In this document: positions 22,006 to 34,269 of the stretch, in pieces
Layout: each line of letters starts with the position of its first letter
How positions within the stretch are numbered: position 1 is the first letter of the stretch
NCBI GenBank assembly: GCA_000004985.1
Contig: GG738886.1
DNA: 64,000 nt
Reading direction: 5' to 3' (one strand)
Origin: Naegleria gruberi
Lineage: Eukaryota
Position numbers and translations under genes: made by a program
The notes under the pieces: generated by a model
The model's database searches: none
What the model was told of the DNA's origin: nothing
Seen by the model: the letters and a program-made list of their open reading frames with translations, nothing else

Positions 22006-25000
22006 TTAAACTCTCAGAGCTTGTGGGAAGGTAACACCTGGCAAGTTGAATACCAACTTGTTGAGAGAGTTGGCAAATTCTGTACCATCCTCAGAGAAGA
22101 ACCACACTGTGGAAGTGTCGCTTTCTGATACTTCTTGTTCTGGATTCATGGATTGCATACAGAAAGATCTATCGAATGACTTGAGTAACTTGATGTCACT
22201 GACTGATTCTTCATTTTCAAAGTACTTCATACCATCTAACCAGTGACAGAAATCATTCAATTCTTTTCTTGAGTTAAAAGTAATATAATCATTTTCCCAA
22301 TAGGAGCTTTCAGGATATTGTTCCTTGAGTGACTTGATAGCATCAGAGAAGTAGAACTTTCTTTCACTTCTTCCCTTTCTCAGATCTTCGAGATATCTTT
22401 CAAATGGTGAAAGAGGAGAAGTTTGTGGTTTATCACTCCACAAATTCAATCTTCCCAATACATCTGTAACAAAGTGTTGACAGTTGCACTTGAATGGATC
22501 GTAGGTCTTGGTGGCATTCCATTCAACACAAGCACTAGCAACGGTATCGAGAGCATTCTTAATATTATCAACCTTGCTAAAGCTTCCAACATCAATTACA
22601 GCCAAAGCATATTCATTTCTATAAACTCTGTAGTCTCCTCTCACTCTCACAATGGAGTGATCGTAGAAATCAAATCTCCAAGGTCCAATCAATAAACCAG
22701 TATGGAATGCTCCAAACAAATTGTCCTTATATGTTGGACGGAAGAGATCGAATAATGAATTTCTGAAATCATTGGTGCAATCTGAAACAATAATCTTGAC
22801 AGTCATGAGTGGTGGCTTTCTTTCATCTTTGTGCTTCTTGGAGAGATGTTCCATTGTCTTGCCATAGTGTTTGGCAACGAATCTATCTTTACAAATGGCA
22901 TTTTGAGCTTCAATGGTCTTATTCTCATCCAAATATAAATCCTTCCATGCTTGAGACTTTTCTTGTGATTTTCCTTGACCATGCTTGCTGGAAATCTTTT
23001 CGTCTAACTTCTTCAACTTATCCAAGTACAATTTCATACCTTGTCTTTCTTCTAGGGAAAGCAATCTTTCATCATAGGAAGTGACATTCATGTCGAGTGG
23101 TTGAGCAGATTCCTTCTCTTCAGTCAAGTCTTCATCAAAGTAAATTTGGTTTTGAGATGGAGAAGTGAAAATATTTCTAAATATACCAGAGAACCAGCTT
23201 GACTTTCTAACTGGAGAAGTTCCTGTAGAATTTGGTGGAGAAGAACCTGTAGAATCCTTCTTTGTTTGTTTGATAGGAATACTTGGACTACTTGTAGTAT
23301 AGATACCATGTCTTGGAATAGTCTTTGACTTTTCAAGATAGCTCAATTCTAAAATATTGTTTGGATTGTGAGCCAATCTACACCATTCAAGAACCGAGAC
23401 ACCCAAGTTATCCTTGTTTTCAAAGGACATACCAAATCTATTCATGAGAATTCTGCAGTGTTTCTTCATTCCTCTGAAAGCATAGTGAGTCAGGAGAGTA
23501 AAACCATAAATATCTCTACTTTCATGTCCCAGTGAGTTGACAGCATTAATAAATTCTTCTTCGTCCATTTCGGATTCATCAGTAACCACTCTGTAGTGGA
23601 GTTCTGTGAATTGTACATAAAGATTGGCGTATTGCTTTGGATGAATTCCTTCCATATCATCAAAAGTAACATTATGAATTTGGTTGGAAATCTTGTCAGC
23701 AATTAACCTTCTCACCTCATCATTGAATTGTGAACCATAAGATTGATAAAATTCGAGTAACTTGGAGGTTGCTTGATTGGAAAGTTCTTCCTTATCGATT
23801 GGTTCATAGGTGAATTTTCCTTGCTGTTTGGTTTGTGGGTTAACCAAAATAGCTTTCATATTGTAAAGAATTCTGAAGAAAATAGTCTGTGGTGTTGTTG
23901 TTTCCCTAGTTGGTCTTGGCATTCTAACAACAAGATCAACATGATCAACCTGTTGAACGACACGAACAATTTTGAAGAATCCTCTTTCAATAAAATCATA
24001 AGACATTTCAGCTTCAACAAGGAACATTTCTGACTCAATGGAAGGATCAGCTACAAACTTGCGTTTCATGCTGTTTCCTTCGAATGAGAGATCTAACTTG
24101 CAAACCACATCAACTCCACCCTTACCAACAGTAGGATTGTTAGCAATGAATTGAAGTTGATTGGCATCAGCAGTTTCCCAATCACATGTACGCTTTTGTT
24201 TAGCGCTACCTCTTGTTACTTCAGGAACAGGTTCTGGGTTGACTGGAGATCTTTGGAGTGGTCTCATTGGGCTCATATTATTAATATCCTTCTCAATGAA
24301 CAAGCTACTAATCCAAATATCATCAGTTGACATGGCAGCATTGTGATTTTCCTTTCTCAAGTTGAACAATGAATAGAATGAGTAGGCACATTCATTGTGA
24401 ACAAATCTATACTTGATAAGTAAGAGTTTCTTCTTTCTAATACCCTTGACTGGCTCAGCATATCTTGGGAATCTCATCAATAAAATTTGATCATCCTGCT
24501 TAGCTTGAACTGTACCACCTTGTTCAGTTGAAAGACGTTCAAAGCCCATGATTTGCTTTTGAGGAGGGAAGGTTCCAACAGTACTGAGAGTGTAGGAATC
24601 TTCTGGGAATCCTAAATTTTTCAATTCATCAATAAAATCAATACCCTTCGAGGTGTCTGTAATTAAAAATCCCCATACATCATCTTGTGGTTGGGATCCA
24701 ACTCTCTCTACCTTAATCAAATTGTCCTTTCCACCCTCTGTGAGAGAAATTCTAATATACTTATTTCTAAAGTCCAAGAGCAAGTCTTGAGATTCAGTAT
24801 TTGGAGGAGAGGTTGTGATTGTTGCAGGCTTACCACTCTTGGATTTCTTCTTGTCTGCTCCAGCCTTACCTGAAGAGCTATCATTGGCAATAATAACAGT
24901 AAAGAGTTCCTTCTCAGAATCTCCCTCACGTTTGTACCATGATACAACCTTTGGCCAGTAAACTTGACCTTCAGTCTTGACTCTACATGGATAGCTTACA

Positions 25001-26679
25001 GTTCCACCAATCATTGATGCTTCCATCATGTCCATTTCAGGTGAGAGTCCACCCAAATTATTGCTTGTAGTTGCATAGTGTTGCATGTTGTGATCGGCAG
25101 AATTACCAGGAGGGGAAGTGCTACTTGAAGATGAGGATGAATGTTCATAACTGGTTTGTGAAGTGGTTGGCATTTGTCTGACAAATCCTAAACCATTTAC
25201 ATTAGGTTGCACAATGTAATGACCCATCGAATCATCATGTAAGCTACTTTGAGTACTGCCCATACTGCCAGCAAAAAGACTTTTTCCACTCGATACACTC
25301 GTTGGAAGGCTACCATCTTGGTTTCTCAACAAGCTACCAATAGAGCTAGAAGATGTTCCCATTCTATTACCTGAGTGATCCATAACAACATCCATTACAC
25401 TACCAGTCGATCCGAATATATCTTGGAAAGAGTTTGTGCTAGACGATAAAAAGCCACTACCCAAACTGTTGCTGTTAACAGCAGAATTAAGGCTGGTACC
25501 TGCTATAAATTCATTCTCATGAGAATAAGAGTTTGGCTCAGTTGTAAACATGTCAGTATGGTTGACTGAATCAAACAAGTTATTGTTAAATGATGAAGAG
25601 TAAGCAAGTTGTGGCATGTTCATAACTCCATTCACATTGTTAATATTGTTAGCATTATTGGTCATTACATAATTTGGTTGATTTAGTTGTTGTTGTTGTT
25701 GAATTTGAGCAAAAAGGTTATTGACAATATTATTTTGTTGTTGCTGTTGAGAATTAAGTTGTTTTGAATTCATATTTGGAGAATTCAAACCATTCATTTG
25801 ATTGTTTGTACTATTTGAACTGTTTTGACTGACAGGAGTTACTACTTGTTGTTGTTGAATAGGAGAAGTGGTAGAATTGGAATGTTGTGAAGGAGAGGTA
25901 GAGGCAGTAGATATTAAATGTGGATGTTGCATCAAAATGTTACCAACATTTTGGGCACCCAGAACATTTGTCAACATTATAAGTTGGCTGAGTTTTTCCT
26001 GTTGATCGGCATCACTCTGTGAACCATTACTTCCCTGATCACAATTCATGTTTGGAGATTGTTGTGGTGAAGGTGTTGATTGTGGTTGTTGCTGTTGTTT
26101 GTTCACAGTATTATTCTTCTCTAACATGAATCTCTTCCACAAAAATCTTGCAAATGTTGTAGGAATACCATACTGAATAAGTTCTTCCTCTGATAGTTGA
26201 GCAAGAACATTACTGGATTTGATGTAATTCTGAGCGAATATATTGGCAATAGGATAAAAGTCATTATCACTCAAATACATGGTATTCTTGGTTTCTGATA
26301 ACATGGAAGCAAATCTAGGTGAAAAGGACAAGCTGGTTTGTTGTCCATAGTTTCTTTGATTCAATTGGGCAGTATTAATGGGCATCACTCTAGACATGCC
26401 CATATTAGACGTATTGTTGCTGTTAGTTTGTTGTTGTTGAGTAGAATTGTTTGTAGGAGAATGATACACAACTCCTCCCATAGGTGAATTATGCTGATTC
26501 GTATTGTTTGCCAGCAAGTATTGCTTTTGGAGAGCTTGTTGGTATTGGACAAGTTGTTCTGGGGAGAGGACTAGACCGTTATTGTTATTATAGATTTGAT
26601 TATTGTTGTTCATGAGTCTCATTCCATTGTTGTTGTTATTCATCATCATGGATGGTGAAAGGTTGTTGTTGTTGTCCAT
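22006..26679 (-). CDS. large Q/N-rich protein with C-terminal PPPDE (DeSI-type, permuted papain fold) peptidase domain
   Basis: 1557-codon ORF. The N-terminal ~550 aa is poly-N/Q/S low complexity. The middle has an ankyrin-like pair (GFTLLTHYAFRGMKKHCRILMNRFG). The C-terminus carries a His motif (GAFHTGLLIG), VIDVGSFS, and a Cys motif (KCNCQHFVTDVLGRLNL), matching the PPPDE/DUF862 H...C arrangement. Confidence 0.5.
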   Translation of the reverse strand: MDNNNNLSPSMMMNNNNNGMRLMNNNNQIYNNNNGLVLSPEQLVQYQQALQKQYLLANNTNQHNSPMGGVVYHSPTNNSTQQQQTNSNNTSNMGMSRVMPINTAQLNQRNYGQQTSLSFSPRFASMLSETKNTMYLSDNDFYPIANIFAQNYIKSSNVLAQLSEEELIQYGIPTTFARFLWKRFMLEKNNTVNKQQQQPQSTPSPQQSPNMNCDQGSNGSQSDADQQEKLSQLIMLTNVLGAQNVGNILMQHPHLISTASTSPSQHSNSTTSPIQQQQVVTPVSQNSSNSTNNQMNGLNSPNMNSKQLNSQQQQQNNIVNNLFAQIQQQQQLNQPNYVMTNNANNINNVNGVMNMPQLAYSSSFNNNLFDSVNHTDMFTTEPNSYSHENEFIAGTSLNSAVNSNSLGSGFLSSSTNSFQDIFGSTGSVMDVVMDHSGNRMGTSSSSIGSLLRNQDGSLPTSVSSGKSLFAGSMGSTQSSLHDDSMGHYIVQPNVNGLGFVRQMPTTSQTSYEHSSSSSSSTSPPGNSADHNMQHYATTSNNLGGLSPEMDMMEASMIGGTVSYPCRVKTEGQVYWPKVVSWYKREGDSEKELFTVIIANDSSSGKAGADKKKSKSGKPATITTSPPNTESQDLLLDFRNKYIRISLTEGGKDNLIKVERVGSQPQDDVWGFLITDTSKGIDFIDELKNLGFPEDSYTLSTVGTFPPQKQIMGFERLSTEQGGTVQAKQDDQILLMRFPRYAEPVKGIRKKKLLLIKYRFVHNECAYSFYSLFNLRKENHNAAMSTDDIWISSLFIEKDINNMSPMRPLQRSPVNPEPVPEVTRGSAKQKRTCDWETADANQLQFIANNPTVGKGGVDVVCKLDLSFEGNSMKRKFVADPSIESEMFLVEAEMSYDFIERGFFKIVRVVQQVDHVDLVVRMPRPTRETTTPQTIFFRILYNMKAILVNPQTKQQGKFTYEPIDKEELSNQATSKLLEFYQSYGSQFNDEVRRLIADKISNQIHNVTFDDMEGIHPKQYANLYVQFTELHYRVVTDESEMDEEEFINAVNSLGHESRDIYGFTLLTHYAFRGMKKHCRILMNRFGMSFENKDNLGVSVLEWCRLAHNPNNILELSYLEKSKTIPRHGIYTTSSPSIPIKQTKKDSTGSSPPNSTGTSPVRKSSWFSGIFRNIFTSPSQNQIYFDEDLTEEKESAQPLDMNVTSYDERLLSLEERQGMKLYLDKLKKLDEKISSKHGQGKSQEKSQAWKDLYLDENKTIEAQNAICKDRFVAKHYGKTMEHLSKKHKDERKPPLMTVKIIVSDCTNDFRNSLFDLFRPTYKDNLFGAFHTGLLIGPWRFDFYDHSIVRVRGDYRVYRNEYALAVIDVGSFSKVDNIKNALDTVASACVEWNATKTYDPFKCNCQHFVTDVLGRLNLWSDKPQTSPLSPFERYLEDLRKGRSERKFYFSDAIKSLKEQYPESSYWENDYITFNSRKELNDFCHWLDGMKYFENEESVSDIKLLKSFDRSFCMQSMNPEQEVSESDTSTVWFFSEDGTEFANSLNKLVFNLPGVTFPQALRV

Positions 26680-27742
26680 TGTTATTCATAAAGTTGGACT
26701 GTGGATAACCATTTTGTGGAATTGGAGAGTTTTTCAATGGTTGTTGTTTCTGTACATTTGGAGAGGTTGTATTTGTATGATTCATCATTCCGTTTTGTTG
26801 TTGTGTTGATTGACCAGTTGATGATGATGTAACTACTCGATTGTTTACTGTCGCTGTTGGGCCTTGATTCATCATCTAATTAGATTAGAATGTGTATATA
26901 TTCTTTGTTATATTGTGATTAATAACTTTCAACTCCTTTCTAATAATTGAAAATAATCAAAACGTTATGAAAGGATAATTGCGCTAGTTGAGAGTGGGTT
27001 TCTAATTGAACGGACGTGTCCAATTTTTTTTGTGGATACTTTGACAATCAGCTTCTCTCAAGCGCATGATAAATCACGCCTCTTCTCGGATCATGATGGT
27101 CGACAGAGGTTTGAAACTGAATTTTTCATCTCTAACAAGAAGGAAGTTGTGAACATATGTCAAGGGCTAATTAAGAGGTTTTAAAACACCAATCATTAAC
27201 TAGAAGGAAATTAAAAGGTAAGGTGGTGATGGAAGCAGTATTTGTGCTGGTTCTCCTATCGAAAACGATCCGCTCTTAAACTTCTTCGCAGTCAAATTCA
27301 TCACCTTGTCATCTAATATTCAATTATTTGTATCATGATAAACAATGAATGACTGGCCATTAGTGAATAAATAGAAATGGGGAGTTACATTCCTCTAATG
27401 GTTCCGATGTTCTTAGCACTTTGGATTTGCCTATGTAATTTATTGTTGGCATCATGATTTTGTTTGCATCTACGACTTCTAACTCAATCGTGTTAAATAA
27501 ACACGAGTGAGGTAGTTTTCTTGTTATTGAGGATTCAATAACCCGCCATTTTATTATTAAAATTTACTGTTATTAAAATAAAAAATTGAAACACAACGCT
27601 TTGTTATCATCTGCTTAATATGAAGTAGGAATATAGTTGTTATCAGAGAATTTGTAAATCCATCAAATATTTCAAGTGGAAGAGAAGGATGGATGAATAA
27701 TTTGTCAGGTTTCACTTTCACAAGGAGCATCAAAAAATTATC

Positions 27743-29539
27743 ATGAAATGTTCACGCTCTTACATCAGCAGGTCTTTGAAATTAATAATTGATTTAAATC
27801 ATCATCATATTCAACAAGAGCGATTGTGTAGGAATGTGTTGCTGTCTTCAACAAGTTCTTTTCATCAAAGCTTGTTTTTGCATAATCACGCTACTTCCAA
27901 TAGGAAAGAAAAATGTCCTCATCATCAACAAGTTGATGAACAAAGTAAGAGAAATACCTCTTCGCCAGAAACATGCTCATTTAATGATTCGGATGGTATA
28001 ACAAAACCAGTTACTTTCAAAACTTTTGAAGATATTCCTGGACCTAAAGGATTGCCAATATTGGGTAATGTTATTGACCTTGTAAAGGTTTCAGCCAATC
28101 CTTTCGATTATTTTGCTGATTTGATAAGAGAATATGGGGAAATTGTGAAAATTACAGCCTTCAACAAAAAGATGATTCTCCTGGCCAATCCAGAAATGAT
28201 GATGGAACTAATGAAGAAAGATGAAGGGAGAATAACATTGGAGGCTTTCAGGAAATTCAAATTGGAGAGAAATATGGCTCTAGCTCCAGTGGAAATGTAC
28301 TATGAGGAGAATTGGCAACAAGTGAGACAATTGTTCAATGTTGCAATGAAACCTGAATTTTTGGAAACTATAGTTATTCCACAAGTGACTGAACTAGGCA
28401 GTGAATTACTTCACTCTATAGTAAAGAATTTGAAACCTTTGGGAAATGATACTTATGAATTGTCAAATTCAATTAACGTTATCAATAGATATGCATTCAA
28501 TACAGTTATCAAAACTTTCCTTGGTGTGAAAATGAATGATGAGCTTGCTAAGCAATTACCATTTGATATTAATGGATTTGTAAATAATGTAGTGGTAGGA
28601 TTGGATCTAGTTTTGCGAATTCAAAATGGTCCCCCTCTCTTTAAATTATTCAAAACAAAGGATTATAGAATTATGGAGGAAAATATGATACAAAGCTTTG
28701 AACGAGCCCAGTACTGTATTGATTTATTTGGAAAGGAGCAACCAGTTGGGAGTAAACCGAGAATGAAAGAATTACTGGATGAAAGGTCAAAAACCATGGA
28801 TAGAGGCCAAGATAATGTGACAATGGTAATGGCTTCCTTCTTAATGGCAGGTTCTGATGTTACAAGCCGCGTTATGTCTGTCCTTTTGCATAGAATAGCT
28901 CATGAACCAGAGTATCAGGATAAACTCTATGAAGAATTGGAGGAGGTTTTTGGAGAACCAACACTCAGTGAGTACACCTCAGAGAATGGACTCGAGTTAA
29001 CCAATGAAAAATTGAAGAAATGCAAATTAGTGAGGAATTTTGTTGAGGAGAATATGAGACTCAATCACCTTGCAAAAATTTCAACAGCCAGAAGATTAAG
29101 TAAGGATATTACTGTTGGAGAGTACTTGTTCGAGAAGGATACTCAAGTAATGATGTTTGAAGATCCTCAATTCACTGAGGAATACATACCCAATAGCACA
29201 CAATTCATTCCTGAGAGACACGAGAAGGGTAATCCTAATGCAATTCTCAAAACATTTCCAGGTCCTTTTGGAAGAGGTGGTACGTTGTTAAATTCTTTTC
29301 ATATAGTTTGACGAAATATATTTTCAGCAAGAAAATGTCCAGGTGAAAGGGTGGCCTTTGTTGAAATGTGGCAATTTGTAATTAATATTGTAAGAAATTT
29401 CACAGTATCTCACAAGGAATTTCCAAAATTTGAAATTGGTACTTCACTCTACTATGTGGATATGGAAAAGTATAAGGTTGAATTCACCCCACGTAAACAT
29501 CTTGCCCAACTTGTCAGAAATAGTGAAAAATTATTGTAA
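27743..29539 (+). CDS. cytochrome P450, 2 exons
   Basis: Exons 27743..29279 and 29328..29539; the 48-nt intron 29280..29327 runs GTACGT...TTTTCAG. Splicing restores the heme-binding loop FGRG-ARKCPGERVAF (FxxGxRxCxG). The P450 core motifs are upstream and the N-terminal extension is basic/hydroxylated (possible targeting peptide). Total 582 aa. Confidence 0.75.
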
Positions 29540-29615
29540 ATATATTGAATTTATTTAACTTTTTTGATTAGTATTTACATGCATAGGGTGGTTCTGAATG
29601 AAATCACATGAATGT

Positions 29616-29852
29616 TTACAAAGAACCTCCTTTCAATTGGAGAATGAGTTGAATTATATCACCACTCTTCAATCCTACATCATTCATTGATGAATCATCA
29701 GGAAGAATTTTTCCATTCATAACCAATCTTTGTTGTGGTATGGTAACTCCAATCTTTTCCTGAATAAGCTTCTTCAAATAGATGAGCTTATCTGAAACTT
29801 CAACATCAAACTTGGAAGCACCACCTGAGAGAGTTCTTACTTGTATTTGCAT
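29616..29852 (-). CDS. ubiquitin-like (beta-grasp) protein ending in GG-SL
   Basis: The 78-aa sequence MQIQVRTLSGGASKFDVEVSDKLIYLKKLIQEKIGVTIPQQRLVMNGKILPDDSSMNDVGLKSGDIIQLILQLKGGSL aligns along its full length with ubiquitin (MQIFVKTLTG...QQRLIF.GK.L.D...L....I.....L.L.LRGG). Confidence 0.6.
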   Translation of the reverse strand: MQIQVRTLSGGASKFDVEVSDKLIYLKKLIQEKIGVTIPQQRLVMNGKILPDDSSMNDVGLKSGDIIQLILQLKGGSL

Positions 29853-30562
29853 TCTTTTTATTCTTGTTATTGTTTAATTTTCTCCTCACCAGCATGCTCA
29901 ACCTTTTATTCATCAGCTTGTATGTTTCTACCTATAGGTTAATATTTTAAAACTGTAGTTCTTCAAGTTCATCCCTAGTGTTGAATGAACACTTTACAAA
30001 AAAAAAATTAGTGTTTCTTTTGAAACTTTGATAATCCAATATTTGGCCAATACTGATTGTCATCATAAGAAATTGTTTGTTCTTCTGTTTGGTGTTGAAA
30101 GTAAATAGGTACTCCTGTTGCTTCTTCAGTCTGAATTTTCAAGTTTTCCAGGATGAGCAATAGTTCATTGACTAAGATTGCTGGCTCGCCTCCATTCCTC
30201 GTTTCCTGCACAATCGAGACCAAATCAAAAGGCATTGAAAGTCTTGGAGTGATACCTTTCATCAGTATGCCAGCCAAATGCCACGTTTCTTTAATTTCTT
30301 GCTAAATCAGCTGAATAATCAAAGGTGGAATATTTGAGGGTGAGAAAGGCATCTAGGAAGGTTGATACATTGACAATGTGTTCTCCCATCAATATTGAGC
30401 AATATTTGATATCAAAAAACAATTTCTTGCCAGCTGTATGCAGCACATTGTAAACAAAGTATTGAAAATTATTACAAAAAAAATGAGTCAAGAGCAAAAC
30501 AACCAAATTGCTGCTCCCGAATCCGGATCAAAATTTCTGATCATCAAAATGAAGATGAAATT

Positions 30563-32109
30563 ATGATTTATGCTCGAAAACAATTTCTCAAGGAAACGAA
30601 ACGAAATTCTCTCATTCACCAATCAAGAGCAAGATTTTGTAAAATTCAACACCGAATGGATGTTCACCTCCCTGGTGAAGCAATCGTCATTTTAAATTAT
30701 TATCTCGATTTGGAAAGGAATAGTTTCGGCACTGTATTGGAATCTGTTACTAAAATTCGAAAGTTCTTATCCAGTGAAAGGGATATTATAGGGAGAATAT
30801 CAACAGTTGTTGAATCGAGAGTTTTGGAAAGGATTGTGAATTTGCTTGATGAGGAATATATTGCCAAGTTTTTTACTGTTAAAAGTGAAACGAATCAAAA
30901 CGAAACTTCACATTGTGCTAAAAGAATAATTTCTCAATCAGATTTGATTTCTATTCTGTATGAAACAAGTTGGTTGATTATTAATGTTGTGTCTGGAAAT
31001 TATGACCATACCAATTACATAGTTTCGTGTGGAGTCATTTCTAAACTTGTCAAATTGTTAAAGAAAACTAATTCTAGTTCCATAATTGATCAATGTATTT
31101 GGGCTTTGGGAAATATTGCTGGAGAATCTGTAGAATTTAGAAATTTAGTGTTAGATCACAATATTATGGAAATAATGGTGGAATTGATGCAAAATTATTT
31201 GCTACTGGATTTGAAAGTTTTAAATAGAGGTTGGTTGTAATATTTATTTACCTAACGAATACTAAGAAGAATCTGTATTGTAATGGGTCAGTTGTGTGGT
31301 GCATTTCGAATCTATTGAGTCGTACGCCTTCTCCTTCTCCTGAATATATCCAAGTTGCTGTTGCAGCACTTTTAAAGATATTTCTATCCATGGATGATAA
31401 ACCTTATAACATACGTTATCAAACTTGTTGGTCTCTTTCATATATATCTGAAACAGGACTTGACTCAATAATGGAAAATGAGGAAGCTGTTAGAAAGCTT
31501 ATTGAAATGTGCGCTGTTGAAGTTCCTGATATTAGAAAGTGAGTTTTTCAAAACTAACTGATCATTCTAATAATTTATTATAGACCTGTTGTTACAATTC
31601 TAGGAAATATTGTAGCTTATAGCGAAGAATATAGTAACAAACTACTGAGCAATGGCTTATTGGAAGCACTTATTAAAGGAGGATTGACACTTGAAGCTGT
31701 ATGGATATTGACAAATATTGATAATTGTGAAAAAATGATCAGCACAGGCATAGTTCCTCTTCTTATGGATATCATTAATGTAGATCAGTATTCAACTATT
31801 CAGACAGAGGTATTTTGGGTAATTACAAGGTTGCTACATTACCAAAAAGCAATGGAATTTATTCCCTACATGCTCGACCACAATCTTCTAAAGTGTTTTA
31901 AAAAAGGACTTAATTATTCAAATCGCAACTGGTATCCTTGCTTATCTTGCATAACATTACTAATAGGAACTCATTTGGGTGAAGGTATCTTGGAAGAATT
32001 GAAAAAACTGGAATTGACTGAAAGAATAAGGGCAATTAATGAATCTCCACAGGCAGGAGCAGATGTATATCCATTTTCGGACTTGCTTTTGAAATTATTG
32101 AAAAAATAA
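30563..32109 (+). CDS. divergent importin-alpha-like armadillo-repeat protein, 3 exons
   Basis: Exons 30563..31229, 31292..31538 and 31584..32109. Intron 31230..31291 is 62 nt; intron 31539..31583 is 45 nt with a GTGAGT donor. Total 479 aa. Importin-alpha ARM signatures are present: WALGNIAGESVEFRNLVL, SVVWCISNL (the exon-2 junction), and PVVTILGNIVAYSEEY...AVWILTNI. The N-terminal IBB-like segment is degenerate (ARKQFLKETKRN). The true start may lie upstream; an aaaaaaaATG at 30483 is in another frame. Confidence 0.55.
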
Positions 32110-32316
32110 GAATTTATTGACTTTAGAATACAGGAATTTAATTTTTAAAATGTGTTAATGGATCTTGTTAATAAGGTTGCACATCCTTATGTTTAGTCCC
32201 CATAATATAAAGTTGTCCATGTTTGATTCAATCAGTTAACTTTCCAACCGGGGATCTAATATTTACAAGTATATATTTACATTCCAATAATCATCATGTT
32301 ATAAATCCAAAACCTA

Positions 32317-33571
32317 TCAATCTCTAATATTCATAATACAATCTACGAAAGGGTTATTGCTATTGATTTGATTCAACAATCTTTCTTTGAAAATCATTCC
32401 TTTTTCGCCAGATTTTTTAATCATAATGAACCCAACTTCTTCACCTGCACAGACTGAAACATCAAAGTTGGAAGGGTTGGTCTGAAATTTGTACCTATCT
32501 GATACAGAAAGCAAGGGTAAAAAGTCTAATTGTAACATATTTCTTTCGTAAGAGGAATCAGAGTCTATATAGACATTACCATCATCAGCTACAGCCATCA
32601 TTTTGTTTCTCAATGTGAATGCTTTGAAGGTGACATCTGGTACAGTATTGTTGCTGTAGGAGGGGAACAGGGCCAGTTTACCATTTCTATTAATGCAATA
32701 TCTTCTATTGATTTGAGCACAATCTTTGTTGCATTCTTTTAAAGCTACATCATAGGTTGAATTGGCTGTGTGAAGGTAGATCTGATACACAGAATTACCA
32801 ACCAAAGACATACCACAAAAAGCAAAACCCTTTGGTAAGACAGTTCTATATAAGACTCCTGGTTTAGGGTTATTTGATAATTTATCAAAACTTCCAGAAT
32901 GACTCAAATAATAAGTATTAGAAATAATATCATATGTCAAGACAGCAGCATTTGAACCTCCACATCTGACATCTATAACTGTTTCATTTGGAGGTGGAAA
33001 CTTTTGCTGTCCATTACCATCTGAATAATATACTCTTCCAATTTTTCTAAAAGTGTCAGAAGAGCCAATACCTTGAGAACAACAACTTTCATTATTCCAT
33101 CCTCAAAAAAGTAAGTATTTTGATTTAAAACCTACCAGCAGAATACATTTCAAATCCGTCCGTTCCTTTAACAAGACAATAAGTAAAATTTGCTCCACAA
33201 TAAATATCCTCGATATGATCAATGTCGGCTTTCACCAATTGATCTCGTTGATTTGATTTTGGAGCAATCTTTTTCGTTAATAATTGTGTATATTCATTCC
33301 ATCCATTTCCAAAAGCTCGACCATCATTCAACAGAATAAAGGTGTGATTATCTCCACATACTACCTTTTTAATTCCCACTCTATTAATTTCATTCATTAT
33401 TTCTTCAGATTGAAAAAGAAAATGTCTTAGTGTAGGAAATTGTCCTGATCCAACATCGTTCGGATCGTGGTGTACGGAACCTTTGTAGCCAGAATAGGCC
33501 CATGATGAATAATTTCCATGAATAAATAAATATTGGGAGTGATGAGTTCCTTCAAGGTGAAGTCCTTTCAT
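32317..33571 (-). CDS. hypothetical protein, 2 exons (function not assigned)
   Basis: Exon 1 is 33571..33136 (aaaaaaaaATG start, MKGLHLEG...). A GTAGGT donor opens a 34-nt intron at 33135..33102. Exon 2 is 33101..32317; total 1221 nt, in frame. An alternative 46-nt intron breaks the frame. No confident family; a faint metallophosphatase-like segment (YLFIHGNYSSWAYSG...VVCGDNHTF) is not convincing. Confidence 0.4.
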
Positions 33572-33719
33572 TTTTTTTTGATTTTACAATAATATTTCCC
33601 ACCACAATGAATATTCCATGAACTAGTAAACCCAGAAAGAAATGTATTGAAATTACACAACCTAAGATATTTGGTTTTCAGTTGGAAAATTTTATTTAAG
33701 CTTTTTCTTAATGATGTAA

Positions 33720-33793
33720 GCCTTCCTAGCTCAGTTGGCAGTAGCGCTGTCCTAGTAAGACAGAGGTCTTGGGTTCGATTCCCAAGGGAGGCA
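33720..33793 (+). tRNA. tRNA-Thr(AGU), copy 1
   Basis: 74-nt cloverleaf: acceptor GCCTTCC/GGGAGGC, anticodon stem CTGTC/GACAG, loop CTAGTAA giving anticodon AGT, T-arm TTGGG-TTCGATT-CCCAA. Confidence 0.88.
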
Positions 33794-34269
33794 TTCTTTT
33801 AAGATACACTTGAAATTATATTATCAATGTAATATACAACCTTTTGAACGTTTAAACTTTAAGGATTTTGCTATCAATGTACCATATACCAAACACAATG
33901 TTGGGTGGGATATACGGTCCAATAAAGATGTGTATTTAAAAAACCGAGGTGGTACACATTTCAACTGTTTCTTAAAAGATAACTATACAACGGTGTGATT
34001 TACAATTTTTTATAACGTTATCTAATAAATGAAACTGTTCTTTCAAATCTTCAAATATAGTACCACACTTTTATGTAAATTGGTCGAATTCAGTACCTTA
34101 CTGTAAACATAACATGCCCAAAGATGCTAGCTTCCAAGAGACAAAGAACTAATAACGCAAATTTCGAATATTCAAAAGTCCGCAGAATATTCGAAAAGCA
34201 AGTTAACAACTGTTCAGCTTAAAAAAAAATGTTGCTATTGAATATTCAACAAGATATTCTCAAAAAAAA

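Noticed and set aside
26636-26875. 79-aa Q/N/T-rich ORF overlapping the start of the 1557-aa gene in another frame
   Set aside because: It is probably a low-complexity chance ORF. I kept it only as a caveat about a possible frameshifted N-terminal extension.
27060-27125. Possible C/D-box snoRNA-like motif pair (TGATAA/TGATGG ... CTGA) in the P450 upstream region
   Set aside because: The boxes are degenerate, with no terminal stem or clear guide region. It is indistinguishable from chance in AT-rich DNA.
30483-30566. aaaaaaaATG-initiated 27-codon ORF (MSQEQNNQIAAPESGSKFLIIKMKMKL) just upstream of the importin-alpha-like gene in a different frame
   Set aside because: It could be the true importin N-terminus if there is a 1-nt indel, or an upstream ORF in the 5' UTR. 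I could not decide without transcript data, so I annotated the conservative start at 30563.
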